DNA from: Candidatus Bathyarchaeia archaeon
Lineage (GTDB): Bacteria; Patescibacteriota; Microgenomatia; PFEM01; JAFGMK01
NCBI GenBank assembly: GCA_035529595.1
Contig: DATKWK010000017.1
Span: forward strand, 29,384 to 93,383
Direction of reading: 5' to 3'
Length of the DNA: 64,000 bases
Under the pieces are notes generated by a model. It had not been told where the DNA came from. It saw only the letters and a list, made by a program, of their open reading frames with translations, and searched no databases. Shown here in pieces: positions 18,262-28,498 of the stretch (position 1 is the stretch's first letter; every line of letters begins with the position of its first letter). Both the position numbers and the translations under genes were made by a program.

Positions 18262-20044
18262 CTAATTTAGTTGAAAGGTCACGAAACTCCTCATTCAATC
18301 GGGCTAACTTTTTTCTTATTTCAGAGTCGTCTTCAGCTGTCCGATCTCTTTTTTGTTTTTCAATTTCTTTTATCTCCCGGGTAAGCTGACCGAACCTTTG
18401 CTTAATTTTAACCCTTTCGATCTCTTTAATCATCTTCTTTATTTCCGATTCCATTTTCTCTTTCTCATCAGTCCAATCGCCTAGATCATAAAGGTAAAGT
18501 TGATTAAAAATCTCCAGCAACTCTGGCGGAAGCATCTTCGCCAACCGGTCACTTTTAAGAGTTTTGAATTTTTTAAGATAAACGCCGATAGTTTCCATTA
18601 TCTGGGAAAGGGCTGGAGTGACGATCAGGTTTTTCAATACCCGCTTGGTTAGAAATTTCCATTTTCCGCTTTGCAAACAAAGAGCTAACAGATATTCCTC
18701 TAAAACCTGCAACCGGTTCTTATCGGCCGGCGGAAAGACAGCCGCTGTTATTGCTTGGCGGGTAGGTTTCTGGCTGAATCTTTCAATTTCTTTAATAATT
18801 ACTTCTTCCCCCACTCCAAGCCGGGCCGCTAATAAACCAATATAATGGCCGCGGACGATATTGTCAGAAATTTTGACTAGCACCGGAATAAACTCTTGGC
18901 CAATTTTCCTTTTTCCCTCGGCCGATCTGGCGTCAAAACGACTTAAGGCCGAGCTCAAGAAATAATCATAGATAGGAACAGCCTCGGCCACCAGCTGGCG
19001 CCAGAGTACCGGATCTTTTTGGGCAACTTCATCTGGGTCTTTTCCGCCTTTAATTTGGACTACTTTAATGGAAAATCCCAAATTATCAGCTAATTCAATT
19101 CCTCTTCTGGCCGCCGCATCGCCTGCCACGTCGCCATCCAAAGCCAGGATCAAATTCTGGCTATAGCGCTTGAGTAAAACCAGCTGTTCTTCGGTCAAGG
19201 CCGAACCTTTAATCGCCAATACATTTCGAACGCCAGTTTGATATGAAGAGATTGCGTCCAGTTCTCCTTCAACTAAAACTACCACGGCCGTTTTTTTAAT
19301 CTCTGACCGAGTCAACCAGAGGTCATACAACAACCGGCTTTTATGGTAGAGCCGTGTTTCCGGCGAATTGACATATTTTGCCTCCTTGGCTTCTTTTTCC
19401 AAGACACGACCGGCAAAACCGCAGGTATTTCCTTGGTGGTCTCGAAGAGGAAACATTAGCCGGTTCCGGAAGCGGTCATAAAACCCCGAACGCCCGCCCC
19501 TGATAATCAGACCGACCGCTTCTAAATCGCTGGAGCGGTAATTTTTTTTCTTGACCAAATATTTCTGGACACCGTCCCACATATTAGGAGAGTAACCTAA
19601 TTTAAAAAGACTAATCGACTCCTGAGAGATACCCCGCCCTAGAATATAATCCAAAGCCTTTTTTCCTGCCGGGTGCTTAGTCAGCAAATAATGATAAAAT
19701 TCGGCAGCCAGGTGGTTGATTTCATAAAAAAGCTGCTTCTGTTGCTCGCCTTGTGAACTTCTGAAAGGCTTAAGTTCAACCCCAACCCTTTTTGCCAACA
19801 AGCGAACCGCCTCCCCGAAATCCATTCCCTCAATTTCCGTCAAGAAATGGAAGGCATCGCCGCCTTTGGCGCAACCGAAACATTTCCAAATCTGTCTTTC
19901 CGGGGAAACAATAAAAGAAGGCTGGGCTTCCGAATGAAACGGACAGAGGGCTTTAAAATTACGGCCGGCCTTTTTCAAAGTGACATATTCACCGACCAGG
20001 TCTACGAGATTGACTTTCTGCCTTATTTCATCCAGTTGATCCAT
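18251..20044 (-). CDS. dnaG: DNA primase DnaG
   Basis: Zinc-ribbon [11 protein letters not shown]...CFGC, and the TOPRIM region VVLVEGELD...ALDGDVAG. 597 aa. The 3' end overlaps the rpoD start by 11 nt. Confidence 0.9.
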   Translation of the reverse strand: MDQLDEIRQKVNLVDLVGEYVTLKKAGRNFKALCPFHSEAQPSFIVSPERQIWKCFGCAKGGDAFHFLTEIEGMDFGEAVRLLAKRVGVELKPFRSSQGEQQKQLFYEINHLAAEFYHYLLTKHPAGKKALDYILGRGISQESISLFKLGYSPNMWDGVQKYLVKKKNYRSSDLEAVGLIIRGGRSGFYDRFRNRLMFPLRDHQGNTCGFAGRVLEKEAKEAKYVNSPETRLYHKSRLLYDLWLTRSEIKKTAVVVLVEGELDAISSYQTGVRNVLAIKGSALTEEQLVLLKRYSQNLILALDGDVAGDAAARRGIELADNLGFSIKVVQIKGGKDPDEVAQKDPVLWRQLVAEAVPIYDYFLSSALSRFDARSAEGKRKIGQEFIPVLVKISDNIVRGHYIGLLAARLGVGEEVIIKEIERFSQKPTRQAITAAVFPPADKNRLQVLEEYLLALCLQSGKWKFLTKRVLKNLIVTPALSQIMETIGVYLKKFKTLKSDRLAKMLPPELLEIFNQLYLYDLGDWTDEKEKMESEIKKMIKEIERVKIKQRFGQLTREIKEIEKQKRDRTAEDDSEIRKKLARLNEEFRDLSTKLGEI

Positions 20045-20153
20045 CTTCTGTCCTTTACAAACCTATCGGTTGTTCCTTAAATATTATTCAAACCAGACGA
20101 TCTTAACTTATCTATATTCTGGTAAAAGGGGAATTTTAAAGGCTGGCCGTCGG

Positions 20154-20714
20154 CTAATTTTTCCTACCAACATATCCTTTGGTTTCGGTGTCAATGGTAA
20201 TTACATCACCTTCCCGGATAAAAAGGGGTACTTTTACGACGATGCCGGTTTCCAGCTTCGCAGATTTCGTTGCCGCCGTGACCGTGTTTCCCTTATCTGA
20301 AACTTCGGCTTCGATAACTTTAAAAGACATCTTCGTCGGAAAATTAATCCCGATTACCTCATTTTCATAAATGACGAGCTGATATTCCAAGCCTTCCTTA
20401 ATTAAACCCTGGCTGTCCTCAACCAGTTTTTCTGCTACTTGGTATTGTTCGTAACTGCGGGGATCCATAAAAACGAACCGGTTTTCGTCTTTATATAAAT
20501 ATTGGGCCATTAGATAATCAACGGCAGTTTCCTCTATCATTTCGTCTGTTTTTATGACTTCGTGCAAAACATTACCGTTTTTCAAATTTTTTAACTTCAG
20601 CCGGACAATTGCCGAACCCTTCCCGGGACTGTAAAACTCTTTATCCGCTACCAAAACCGGTTCGTCGTGCCATTTGAGGTAAATACCTTTAGTGATACTC
20701 CCTGCCTTTATCAT
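20154..20714 (-). CDS. efp: Translation elongation factor P
   Basis: 186 aa with the conserved YSPGKGSAIVRLKLKN loop, which carries the modifiable Lys. Confidence 0.9.
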   Translation of the reverse strand: MIKAGSITKGIYLKWHDEPVLVADKEFYSPGKGSAIVRLKLKNLKNGNVLHEVIKTDEMIEETAVDYLMAQYLYKDENRFVFMDPRSYEQYQVAEKLVEDSQGLIKEGLEYQLVIYENEVIGINFPTKMSFKVIEAEVSDKGNTVTAATKSAKLETGIVVKVPLFIREGDVITIDTETKGYVGRKN

Positions 20715-20745
20715 AGCGCTATTTTACCATTTATCGGGTAATCAT

Positions 20746-21771
20746 TTAAGAAGCGAAGATTTCCTCCCCGGAGAAAAGCAGCACCTCGTCGATCGAGATT
20801 TGGTCGGTAAAAACCATGACTAAACGGTCAATCCCTAAGGCGACTCCGCTACAGGGCGGCAGGCCAGACCTTAGGGCAGCGACAAAATCCCAATCTGGCG
20901 GGCAATCGATTTTACCCATCTTCTTTCTTAAGCTTATTTCCTCTTCAAACCGGCTTTTTTGTTCTTCAGGGTCGGTTAATTCGGTGTATGCATCAGCCAG
21001 CTCGATACCAAAAAGAAAAAGTTCAAACCTTTCTTTTACCCGTGAGTCCGTTTGGCTGGTTTTGGCAAGCGGCGCAAATTGGGAGGGAAAATTGTAAAGA
21101 AGAGCCGGTTTTTTATAGCCTAGGTTCGGCTCAACTTCCTTAAGTAAAATCAGCTCGAAGATAATAGACCAATCGTCATCATCTTTTATCCGGTAGCCTT
21201 TTTTTAAAGCCGTATTCCTAAACTTTTTCTCATCAAATAATTCATCTTCAGCCATACCGGCAAAGCGCGAAAAAGCCTCAATTACGGATAATTTTTCAAA
21301 CGGCTTGGAGATATCGACAACCTGTCCCTGATATTCCAGCTTGGCTTTACCGTGATTAAGAAAACGGATTAATTCCTCGCAGTCTGCCATAGTCTCACCA
21401 TAATCGGTATTGATCCGGTACCACTCAAGCAAAGTAAATTCCGGATTATGGAAATGGCCGCCGATATCGGTATTGCGGAAACTTTTGGTAATTTCAAAAA
21501 TATTTCCCGAACCGGCAGCCAGCAGCTTCTTGTGCCACATTTCCGGCGAAGTTGTCAAAAAAGCCAGCCTTTTACGGCCCATTTTATCCAACAGTTCGGT
21601 TTGAAAATACTCAAGATAGGATTCCGGGATCAGTCTTGGGGTTAAAACCGGGGTCTGGACTTCCAGAAAATGCCTCCTTTTAAAGAATCGCCGAGTTCGA
21701 TCAATAATCCGGCTACGCACTTGGAACCTTTGCCACAGACCAGGATTTGCTTTCAGTTTTTGCCAATCCAT
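20746..21771 (-). CDS. epmA: EF-P lysyl ligase EpmA (PoxA/GenX; class II lysyl-tRNA-synthetase paralog)
   Basis: 341 aa with a class II aaRS core (motif 2-like FRNTDIGGHFHNPEFTLLEWY and motif 3-like GVALGIDRLVMV). It lacks an anticodon-binding domain and sits adjacent to efp. Confidence 0.75.
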   Translation of the reverse strand: MDWQKLKANPGLWQRFQVRSRIIDRTRRFFKRRHFLEVQTPVLTPRLIPESYLEYFQTELLDKMGRKRLAFLTTSPEMWHKKLLAAGSGNIFEITKSFRNTDIGGHFHNPEFTLLEWYRINTDYGETMADCEELIRFLNHGKAKLEYQGQVVDISKPFEKLSVIEAFSRFAGMAEDELFDEKKFRNTALKKGYRIKDDDDWSIIFELILLKEVEPNLGYKKPALLYNFPSQFAPLAKTSQTDSRVKERFELFLFGIELADAYTELTDPEEQKSRFEEEISLRKKMGKIDCPPDWDFVAALRSGLPPCSGVALGIDRLVMVFTDQISIDEVLLFSGEEIFAS

Positions 21772-21878
21772 TTTCCCCCTTTTTTCCGCAAATTAACCGC
21801 AAATTTAACGCAATGTTTATTTGATACGGCAATTAATATTATAAAAAGTCCTGCACCAATTATTACTCATCGCAACCT

Positions 21879-22589
21879 TTAAGAAACATCTTTCTGTTTT
21901 ATAAAAATACAAACCAATGCTTGTCCGTAGTTTCGCAAAACCGGCAGAGTGCAAAAAAAACTGTCAATCCGGTGGATCAGGTTATTACTAAACCAAAACC
22001 GGGGGACACCAAAAGCGTGAAGCGGTGGGAATAAGGTACTTGCCCGCGATTTTTCAAGCCTAAAGCCGCAACTTTCGACAATAGAAATCCATCTTTTTAA
22101 AGGGTAGCTTTGATTGTGAGCGTCAGGATTCCAACCTGAAGTCAGAATTTTTTTCTTTTCTTGCTTTAAGATAACGCATTTGACCTTGGAGACAAGATTA
22201 AGGAATTTGTCATGCATCGCTGGAAAAGTAACCAGCAATCTTCCTTTCCTTTTCAATAATCTGTTGGCTTCAAAGCACAATTTTCCCGGATTCTGTACGT
22301 GTTCAATGATGTCTATGGCAATCGCTTTATCAAAGGAGTTGCTCGGCAAAGGTATATTTTCAACATTGGCACAGATAGTTTGGTAATTCTTGACTCCATA
22401 AATTTTCATCACTTCTTTTGATTCCGCCAGCTTTTTTTTATTAATATCGACGCCGATCATTTCCCGATATTGCCCGGCATAGGCAATTGCCTGGGGACCT
22501 TTACCACAGCCGAGATTGATGACTCTGTCGCTTGGCTCAAAGGAGAAAAATTCTGGATAGACTCTGGCTGATAAAAGTTTGCCTTCCAT
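21879..22589 (-). CDS. Class I SAM-dependent methyltransferase
   Basis: Motif I VINLGCGKGPQAIA. 236 aa. Confidence 0.7.
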   Translation of the reverse strand: MEGKLLSARVYPEFFSFEPSDRVINLGCGKGPQAIAYAGQYREMIGVDINKKKLAESKEVMKIYGVKNYQTICANVENIPLPSNSFDKAIAIDIIEHVQNPGKLCFEANRLLKRKGRLLVTFPAMHDKFLNLVSKVKCVILKQEKKKILTSGWNPDAHNQSYPLKRWISIVESCGFRLEKSRASTLFPPLHAFGVPRFWFSNNLIHRIDSFFCTLPVLRNYGQALVCIFIKQKDVS

Positions 22590-22621
22590 AAAACCAGACC
22601 TACTATTTCTTCTAAGCTTAC

Positions 22622-23122
22622 CTACCGATTCGGGCTTAACACTTTAGCGGCTGTAATTATCTTCAGACTGTCAACGGAATTATAAAATTTAATCTTCGGA
22701 ATATCATTTAAACTAATCCACTCCGGTTTATCGGCATATTTTCTTTCGTCCTGATCAAAATATTTTTTTGAAATTCTACCACCTGTAATTTCACATAAGT
22801 AATGTATTAGAATCGAATGAACGTATTTCCCGACAAAGGGAAGCTTAAAAAAAGAATTTTCGCAGGAAATAACCTGGATTACCTCCACAGTCAGACCTGT
22901 TTCTTCCTTCACCTCCCTTTTAAGAGCATCCTTAATTGTTTCGCCCAAATCGACACCGCCACCGGGAAAATCATAGCCATCCCATTGTTTTGACAAAAGC
23001 ACCTGATTATCTTTAATTATTACCCCATAGACTGACGGTCTGAAAGTTAATCTATCAACTGAAACCCGATATTTTTTCCCTTTAATGTCCTCGCAAATAA
23101 CCTTTTTACTTTTGATATTCAT
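22622..23122 (-). CDS. Nudix hydrolase
   Basis: Nudix box GGVDLGETIKDALKREVKEETGL. Confidence 0.75.
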   Translation of the reverse strand: MNIKSKKVICEDIKGKKYRVSVDRLTFRPSVYGVIIKDNQVLLSKQWDGYDFPGGGVDLGETIKDALKREVKEETGLTVEVIQVISCENSFFKLPFVGKYVHSILIHYLCEITGGRISKKYFDQDERKYADKPEWISLNDIPKIKFYNSVDSLKIITAAKVLSPNR

Positions 23123-23137
23123 AGACTTTAAAAATTT

Positions 23138-24466
23138 CTATTTCTTTGTCTGAACAAAATATTTAATCATTAGAGAATCGTCTTTTATTGTATCAACCGA
23201 AAACAAATTGTTCAATTTACCCTCAAATTGTTTTCTGGTCGGAAGATTGAGTCTTGGTCTTCCCAGATACGATTCTAATTTTATCATCGTCTGTATCTGA
23301 GGGTGTTTTAGACTTGGCATATCAACTACCATCCGTCCGCCCGGTTTCAACACTCGATGTAACTCAAAAAGAGCTTTTTTGATATAACCAAGATCATAAT
23401 ATTCTAAAACACCGATTATTGCGGCGATGTCAAAAAAATTATCAGTAAAGGGTAACCTAGCGACATCAGCAGCAAACAATCCGCCAATTTCGACATCTTT
23501 TCCCTTTAACCACTTTCTGGTTGCCCGAACCAGTTTTGGACTGATATCGATTCCGTAATAATCAGATGGCCATTTATAGAGGGCATAATTGACTAAGTTT
23601 ACACCTGCTCCAACATCTAAAAATTTCATTCCCGGCTTCGGATTTAAATACTTCTTGATATCCGGTGCGCCACTGTTACAACTATGTTTTGTCTGTTGGA
23701 ATTTTTTGAACTCTAGTGAGTTTTTGAATTCTTCCGGTAGTAAATCTAAATCACTAATCTCTTTTTGATAACGATCAACCGTCTGATCATAAGCTTTTTT
23801 AATTAAATCTAGTTGTTTGATAGTATTTTCCCTTTTTTTATCCTTATAGTAATCAATCCTCATTTTTATCAGTCTTGGTAGTTCTTTTTTACCGTAGTCT
23901 GTGATAAATAAGGGACCTCTCTTTTTCTTAACCCCTTTTATATATCTTCTGTTTGATTCAAAATCAAATGTCGGTTTTATCAAGCTGGTGTCTAAACCAC
24001 CCAGGGTATCAGCTTCCATCAAAATTAACTCGTCAAGATCCTTAAGTGCTTTGAGATTATCGTGCACCAACACCAAATGCGCACATCTTTTTTTCTGCCT
24101 TTCAGTTAAGAAAGAAAATAATTTATCCTCAAGTAATTTCGATATTTTTTTCGCTCCAAGTCTCATATGCTCGCTTTTAGCCTGCTGAACATCGTCCATT
24201 TTAAGTATCTGGCCATCCCTGAACAAACCAAAATATCCCCAGTCGTGAGCATAAGCAGCAATCAAGAGAACGATTTTATCAACCTCAATCTGGGGTGAAC
24301 CTTGAATTATTTCTTTTATCTTGGTTACAACAGCAAGTGTATGTGGCCTGTCAAAGTTTGGTCTACTTTTTTCTAATTCAGGTAAGATTTTTGCCTGAAG
24401 ATATTCTTCAACTCTCTCTATTCGTTTTGATTCATTGTTGAGCATAATAGCTTTAGAGTTGACCAA
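23138..24466 (-). CDS. Fusion protein: N-terminal HD-domain-like phosphohydrolase plus C-terminal SAM-dependent methyltransferase
   Basis: N-terminal ...AAYAHDWGYF...VLVHDNLK (HD-like His/Asp). The C-terminus carries FLDVGAGVNLVNYA and VLKPGGRMVV, which are methyltransferase motifs I and post-I. Confidence 0.55.
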   Translation of the reverse strand: MVNSKAIMLNNESKRIERVEEYLQAKILPELEKSRPNFDRPHTLAVVTKIKEIIQGSPQIEVDKIVLLIAAYAHDWGYFGLFRDGQILKMDDVQQAKSEHMRLGAKKISKLLEDKLFSFLTERQKKRCAHLVLVHDNLKALKDLDELILMEADTLGGLDTSLIKPTFDFESNRRYIKGVKKKRGPLFITDYGKKELPRLIKMRIDYYKDKKRENTIKQLDLIKKAYDQTVDRYQKEISDLDLLPEEFKNSLEFKKFQQTKHSCNSGAPDIKKYLNPKPGMKFLDVGAGVNLVNYALYKWPSDYYGIDISPKLVRATRKWLKGKDVEIGGLFAADVARLPFTDNFFDIAAIIGVLEYYDLGYIKKALFELHRVLKPGGRMVVDMPSLKHPQIQTMIKLESYLGRPRLNLPTRKQFEGKLNNLFSVDTIKDDSLMIKYFVQTKK

Positions 24467-24547
24467 AAAATAAAAGTTAAACTTTCCGTATTAGCAAGGC
24501 AATTTTGTATTATTTTAACCGGGTATATCTACCGAGCTCTGTTCCTC

Positions 24548-24982
24548 TTATTTGAGATCTATTACGCGACCAAAAAAATAACAATCTTCTCCGTACCACT
24601 GTTTTTTTAACAGAAATGACTCTTTAAAACCCAGCTTCTGATAAAAACCTTTTGCTTGATATCTACTTAAACTCCAACACCAGAGTTTCAGAATCTTGTC
24701 CTGCTTGCATTTCTTTACTGCGAATTCAATTAACGCCCGGCCTCCACCTTTTTCCTTTGAAACAAGCAAATATATTTCATAACTTTGATCTTCTTGCCTT
24801 AAAATTAATGTTCCAATTATTTGCTTATTTTGGATTGCAATATAGCATTGCTTTTTATTTATATACTGATCAATGTCTTTGGGGTTTGAAAAAAAGTAGT
24901 TCTCAGTATCGAGAATTTTTAATAATTTCGATACTTTCTGGCAATTGTTCTTTTGAGCTAATTGAACTTTTACTGCTATCAT
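24548..24982 (-). CDS. GNAT family N-acetyltransferase
   Basis: 144 aa with the acetyl-CoA-binding pattern GGGRALIEFAVKKC...KGFYQKLGF. Confidence 0.6.
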   Translation of the reverse strand: MIAVKVQLAQKNNCQKVSKLLKILDTENYFFSNPKDIDQYINKKQCYIAIQNKQIIGTLILRQEDQSYEIYLLVSKEKGGGRALIEFAVKKCKQDKILKLWCWSLSRYQAKGFYQKLGFKESFLLKKQWYGEDCYFFGRVIDLK

Positions 24983-24987
24983 CCTGT

Positions 24988-25419
24988 TTATCCCAGAGCG
25001 ACTAGAAGCCCTCCGACGACAATCAAAGCGGCGCCGATGCCGGCTTTCAGAGAAATCTTTTCGCCCAGTATCAGAAAAGCCAGTACTAGGGCAAATACAA
25101 TACTAAGCCTATCGATCGGTACAACCTGAGAGACTTTAGCATTTTTGAGGGCGATAAAATAAAATAACCAGGACAAGGCGCCAACAATTCCACTCAGCAC
25201 AATATAGGTCAACGCCTTGCTATTTGTAAGTATTGAGTTCACCTCATCTAATTTTCCCTGAAACAGAGTCAATCCGATTAAAAATAAAGCCATAACCACA
25301 GCGCGGATTGCAGTCGCCGTATTGGTGTCAATTCCTTCTAACCCGATTTTTCCAAAAACCGCTACCAAGGCGGCCGTTAACGCTGATAATAAAGCAAAAA
25401 CAATCCAGGCAAAATCCAT
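24988..25419 (-). CDS. EamA/DMT-family small membrane transporter (4 TM)
   Basis: 143 aa and entirely hydrophobic with four predicted TM helices. It resembles a half-size EamA domain. Confidence 0.55.
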   Translation of the reverse strand: MDFAWIVFALLSALTAALVAVFGKIGLEGIDTNTATAIRAVVMALFLIGLTLFQGKLDEVNSILTNSKALTYIVLSGIVGALSWLFYFIALKNAKVSQVVPIDRLSIVFALVLAFLILGEKISLKAGIGAALIVVGGLLVALG

Positions 25420-25465
25420 CGATATTTTGTTTATTAACTACTCGGTTATTTTAGTATAATCCCTT

Positions 25466-25864
25466 TTACTCGGTGGTTATCCCGTCAAATTCAGCTTCGT
25501 TAACCTCCGCTTCTTGTTTAGTCAGCCTGATGATTCCGTCCTTGTGATGGGCCGGAGAATAAATCGTGTAGAGCTTTAATTCTTCCGAACTGGAAGTATT
25601 GATGATATTGTGCTGGGCGCCGGCCGGCACAACAATCGCCACCCCGTCACCGACCTGGTATTCATTACCGTCAATCAAACATTTACCTTGACCTTTTTCG
25701 AAACGGAAAAATTGGTCGTTATCCGGATGAACTTCCATTCCGATTTCCTCTCCCGGCCGGAGATTCATCAAAACTAGTTGACTATGCTTGCCGGTATAAA
25801 GCACCCGACGGAAATTGTTATTAGCTAGGGTTTGTTTTTCAATATCACCTCTGAATCCTTTCAT
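25466..25864 (-). CDS. Cupin-domain protein
   Basis: 132 aa with a cupin-like G(x)5HxH...E / H pattern: MEVHPDNDQFFRFEKGQGKCLIDG...AQHNIIN. Confidence 0.55.
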   Translation of the reverse strand: MKGFRGDIEKQTLANNNFRRVLYTGKHSQLVLMNLRPGEEIGMEVHPDNDQFFRFEKGQGKCLIDGNEYQVGDGVAIVVPAGAQHNIINTSSSEELKLYTIYSPAHHKDGIIRLTKQEAEVNEAEFDGITTE

Positions 25865-25966
25865 ACTATCACCTCCTTTTTTAGATTATATTTTTTATAA
25901 CCCAAATAGCAAACAGCTAAACCGACAAAAACGGTTAATTAATAATGTTTGCCTTAACCTGCAAAC

Positions 25967-26434
25967 TTATTCAATAAATATTCTATAAAAAACTTCATCC
26001 TTGTTTTGGCAAATGAATTTTACTTTCGGCATAGTGTTCTTACTGAAATGTTCACTACATTCAACCGAATTAAAACCTTTTTCGTTGCAGAAATCAATCT
26101 TGATCTTTTCAATACTTGAATCACAATTAGGTTCAACTGAATCACATTTTGATCGGATTTTGTCTTCTAAATCTATACTTGGCCCAGCTAAATACTTATC
26201 ACATAAACAACGAGCGATTTCCATTTCGGCATTGTATTTATTGAAGTCAGTTGTTATACAATGCCCGAAAGTTACATACTGACATAAGGTTCTTGAAAAT
26301 AAATATTTATGATAACTAGCAATGCAACCATGCTCTTCAATCCGGGATGAGACAGGTAATCCGTTAAAACTTGCGAAAATCAGTACGAAGATAAATAGAA
26401 TTATTGAGAGTGTAATTGTCCGTTTTTTATTCAT
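25967..26434 (-). CDS. Secreted Cys-rich hypothetical protein
   Basis: Signal-peptide-like N-terminus MNKKRTITLSIILFIFVLIFASF. 155 aa with more than 10 Cys. Confidence 0.45.
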   Translation of the reverse strand: MNKKRTITLSIILFIFVLIFASFNGLPVSSRIEEHGCIASYHKYLFSRTLCQYVTFGHCITTDFNKYNAEMEIARCLCDKYLAGPSIDLEDKIRSKCDSVEPNCDSSIEKIKIDFCNEKGFNSVECSEHFSKNTMPKVKFICQNKDEVFYRIFIE

Positions 26435-26499
26435 GACTCAATACTTTACTTAGCAATGCCGGCAGGTGCTTCGCTGTAACCATATTTTATCATTTTATT

Positions 26500-27138
26500 T
26501 TACCTATAATGAAATGTCCTCATGCCCATTTTCTTTGCCGTTAATATACACTCTTTACTATCTTCTATAAAAAATATCTCTGATGGCTTGACTTTAACTT
26601 TTCGGATAAAGATTTTATATAAATTTTTATCAGGCTTTGTATAACCATAAAAACTAGAGGTAATGAAACCTTTAAAATACTGTTTCAGATGATATTTTTT
26701 TACTCTATAGATCATCCATTCCCGGGGTTCGTCATTTAAGGTATAACAATCATATTTTTTATAAACCGCTTTAAGAAAATCAAACATTGGCAGATTGATT
26801 GCAACCGAGCTACGATAAAATTTTTTACATTGTTCGAGAGAAACATGGTATTTATTTATTAATGGTGCCCAAAAATCCTTCTCGCTTATCTTTCCCTGAT
26901 GAAAGATTTCGTAGTTTCGTGCGAGAAGCTTGTTAACGTCCTCATAGTTGAGTTTATATTGTTTGGCAATTGAACGGTAAGTTATTCCTTCGGGATCATT
27001 TTTGAAAAGCACTCCTCCTAAATCAAAAGCGATTACTTTCGTCTCTTTAGGTATGAATTTAATTAATTTCATGCTTAAAATTATAACCTCCTTATGGCGA
27101 GAATCTTGTTTTTTACCTCTTTTGAAATCAGCTGTCAA
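26500..27138 (-). CDS. HAD-superfamily-like hydrolase (degenerate motif I)
   Basis: VIAFDLGGVLF resembles the HAD motif I DxDGVL, but the second Asp is replaced by Gly. 212 aa. Confidence 0.45.
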   Translation of the reverse strand: MTADFKRGKKQDSRHKEVIILSMKLIKFIPKETKVIAFDLGGVLFKNDPEGITYRSIAKQYKLNYEDVNKLLARNYEIFHQGKISEKDFWAPLINKYHVSLEQCKKFYRSSVAINLPMFDFLKAVYKKYDCYTLNDEPREWMIYRVKKYHLKQYFKGFITSSFYGYTKPDKNLYKIFIRKVKVKPSEIFFIEDSKECILTAKKMGMRTFHYR

Positions 27139-27186
27139 GCCCTGTACCAGACGGTACAGGGCGAATCAAGCTCCGCTTTTACCAGT

Positions 27187-27276
27187 TTGGCGGTGGGTGT
27201 GGGATTCGAACCCACGATAGCCTTTCAGCCATACACGCTCTCCAAGCGTGCGCACTAGTCCACTATGCGAACCCAC
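27187..27276 (-). tRNA. tRNA-Ser (anticodon GGA), long variable arm
   Basis: Acceptor GGTGGGT/ACCCACC; anticodon stem CACGC/GCGTG with loop TTGGAGA; T-arm ...GGTTCGAATCC...; CCA encoded. 90 nt. Confidence 0.8.
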
Positions 27277-27296
27277 CTTTTCAATTTTTTATCAAT

Positions 27297-27818
27297 CTAA
27301 AACAAGCGAAGCCGTTTATTTCCTTCCTCCGATATCTTTTTTGCTTTTTCCAAAATTTCTTTCTCTGAGTCAAAGGTTAACTTAGCTTTTGCCCGGTCAA
27401 AAGTCAACCAAAGAACTTTTTCCACTTCGTTCGAATCAGGACCGGTTTTCGTATCCTTTACCCACCTCATTAAATAAAAAACAATTTCCTTGACTACTCT
27501 CTGTTTCTGATCGTTATAGAAAAAAATCGTAATTTTATCAATCTTTTCAAGAGCCTCTACTTCCACCCCACCTTCTTCTCCGGTCTCCCTGATCGCCGCC
27601 TGAAGGCTGGTTTCTCCCGGATCAATCCAGCCTTTCGGAAGCTGCCACCTTCCTTTTCGCCAAGGTTCAGTTTCGGTTGCTTTTGGCTGATAAACTAACC
27701 AGAGATATTGATTACTGTCATTTTTGTAGACAACACCGCCGGCTGAGTATTCACGTTTAGCTTTTTCCTTCTTCTGTCCTTCCAATTTCAAACCGGGTGT
27801 TATTTTTTTATTTTTCAT
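27297..27818 (-). CDS. Nudix hydrolase
   Basis: Nudix box GWIDPGETSLQAAIRETGEEGGV. Confidence 0.75.
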   Translation of the reverse strand: MKNKKITPGLKLEGQKKEKAKREYSAGGVVYKNDSNQYLWLVYQPKATETEPWRKGRWQLPKGWIDPGETSLQAAIRETGEEGGVEVEALEKIDKITIFFYNDQKQRVVKEIVFYLMRWVKDTKTGPDSNEVEKVLWLTFDRAKAKLTFDSEKEILEKAKKISEEGNKRLRLF

Positions 27819-27822
27819 TAAG

Positions 27823-27895
27823 TGCGCCTGGGAGGAATCGAACCTCTAGCCTTCTGCTCCGGAGGCAGACGCTCTTTCCATTGAGCTACAGGCGC
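27823..27895 (-). tRNA. tRNA-Arg (anticodon CCG)
   Basis: Acceptor GCGCCTG/CAGGCGC; anticodon stem TCTGC/GCAGA with loop CTCCGGA; T-loop TTCGATT. Confidence 0.8.
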
Positions 27896-27900
27896 GAGAA

Positions 27901-28476
27901 TTAAAGGATACGAACTCCAAATTGTTTGAGCTTCTCGGCCAGTAAACAGAGAGGCAAACCGATGACATTATAGTAATCCCCTTCGATCCTTTCAACGATC
28001 AATGCCCCCAAGCCTTGAATAGCAAAAGCACCGGCTTTTCCGATCGGCTCTCCGCTCTTAACATAATTATCGACTTCTGCTTCCGTCAGTTTACGAATAT
28101 AAACTTTTGTTTCCGCCAAATCAGAAACCGTTTTACCGCTTTCTGTATCAATAATGGTAAAGCCGGTAATTACCGACAAAGTTCTTCCCCCGATTTTTTC
28201 AAGCATTTTCTTTGCTTCCACCGCCGTATCCGGCTTGCCTAATAACTGTTTTCCTAAGATGATAAAAGTATCGGCACCAATGATTAATCCGGTTTTGTGA
28301 TTCTTGGCAACTGCTTTTGCTTTTCCCAGTGATAGTAATCTAGCAAGCTTCCGTGGACTAATATCTCTTATCATTTCCTCTTGGTAGTTACTGGCTTCTG
28401 TCTTAAACTTCAAACCAAGTTTTTTTAAAATTTCTTTTCGTCTGGGTGAGGCAGAAGCAAGGATAATAGGTTTCAT
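27901..28476 (-). CDS. maf: Maf-like nucleoside triphosphate pyrophosphatase
   Basis: N-terminal IILASASPRRKEIL and the overall Maf pattern. 191 aa. Confidence 0.85.
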   Translation of the reverse strand: MKPIILASASPRRKEILKKLGLKFKTEASNYQEEMIRDISPRKLARLLSLGKAKAVAKNHKTGLIIGADTFIILGKQLLGKPDTAVEAKKMLEKIGGRTLSVITGFTIIDTESGKTVSDLAETKVYIRKLTEAEVDNYVKSGEPIGKAGAFAIQGLGALIVERIEGDYYNVIGLPLCLLAEKLKQFGVRIL

Positions 28477-28498
28477 ATTTTAGACTGATGATATTATA

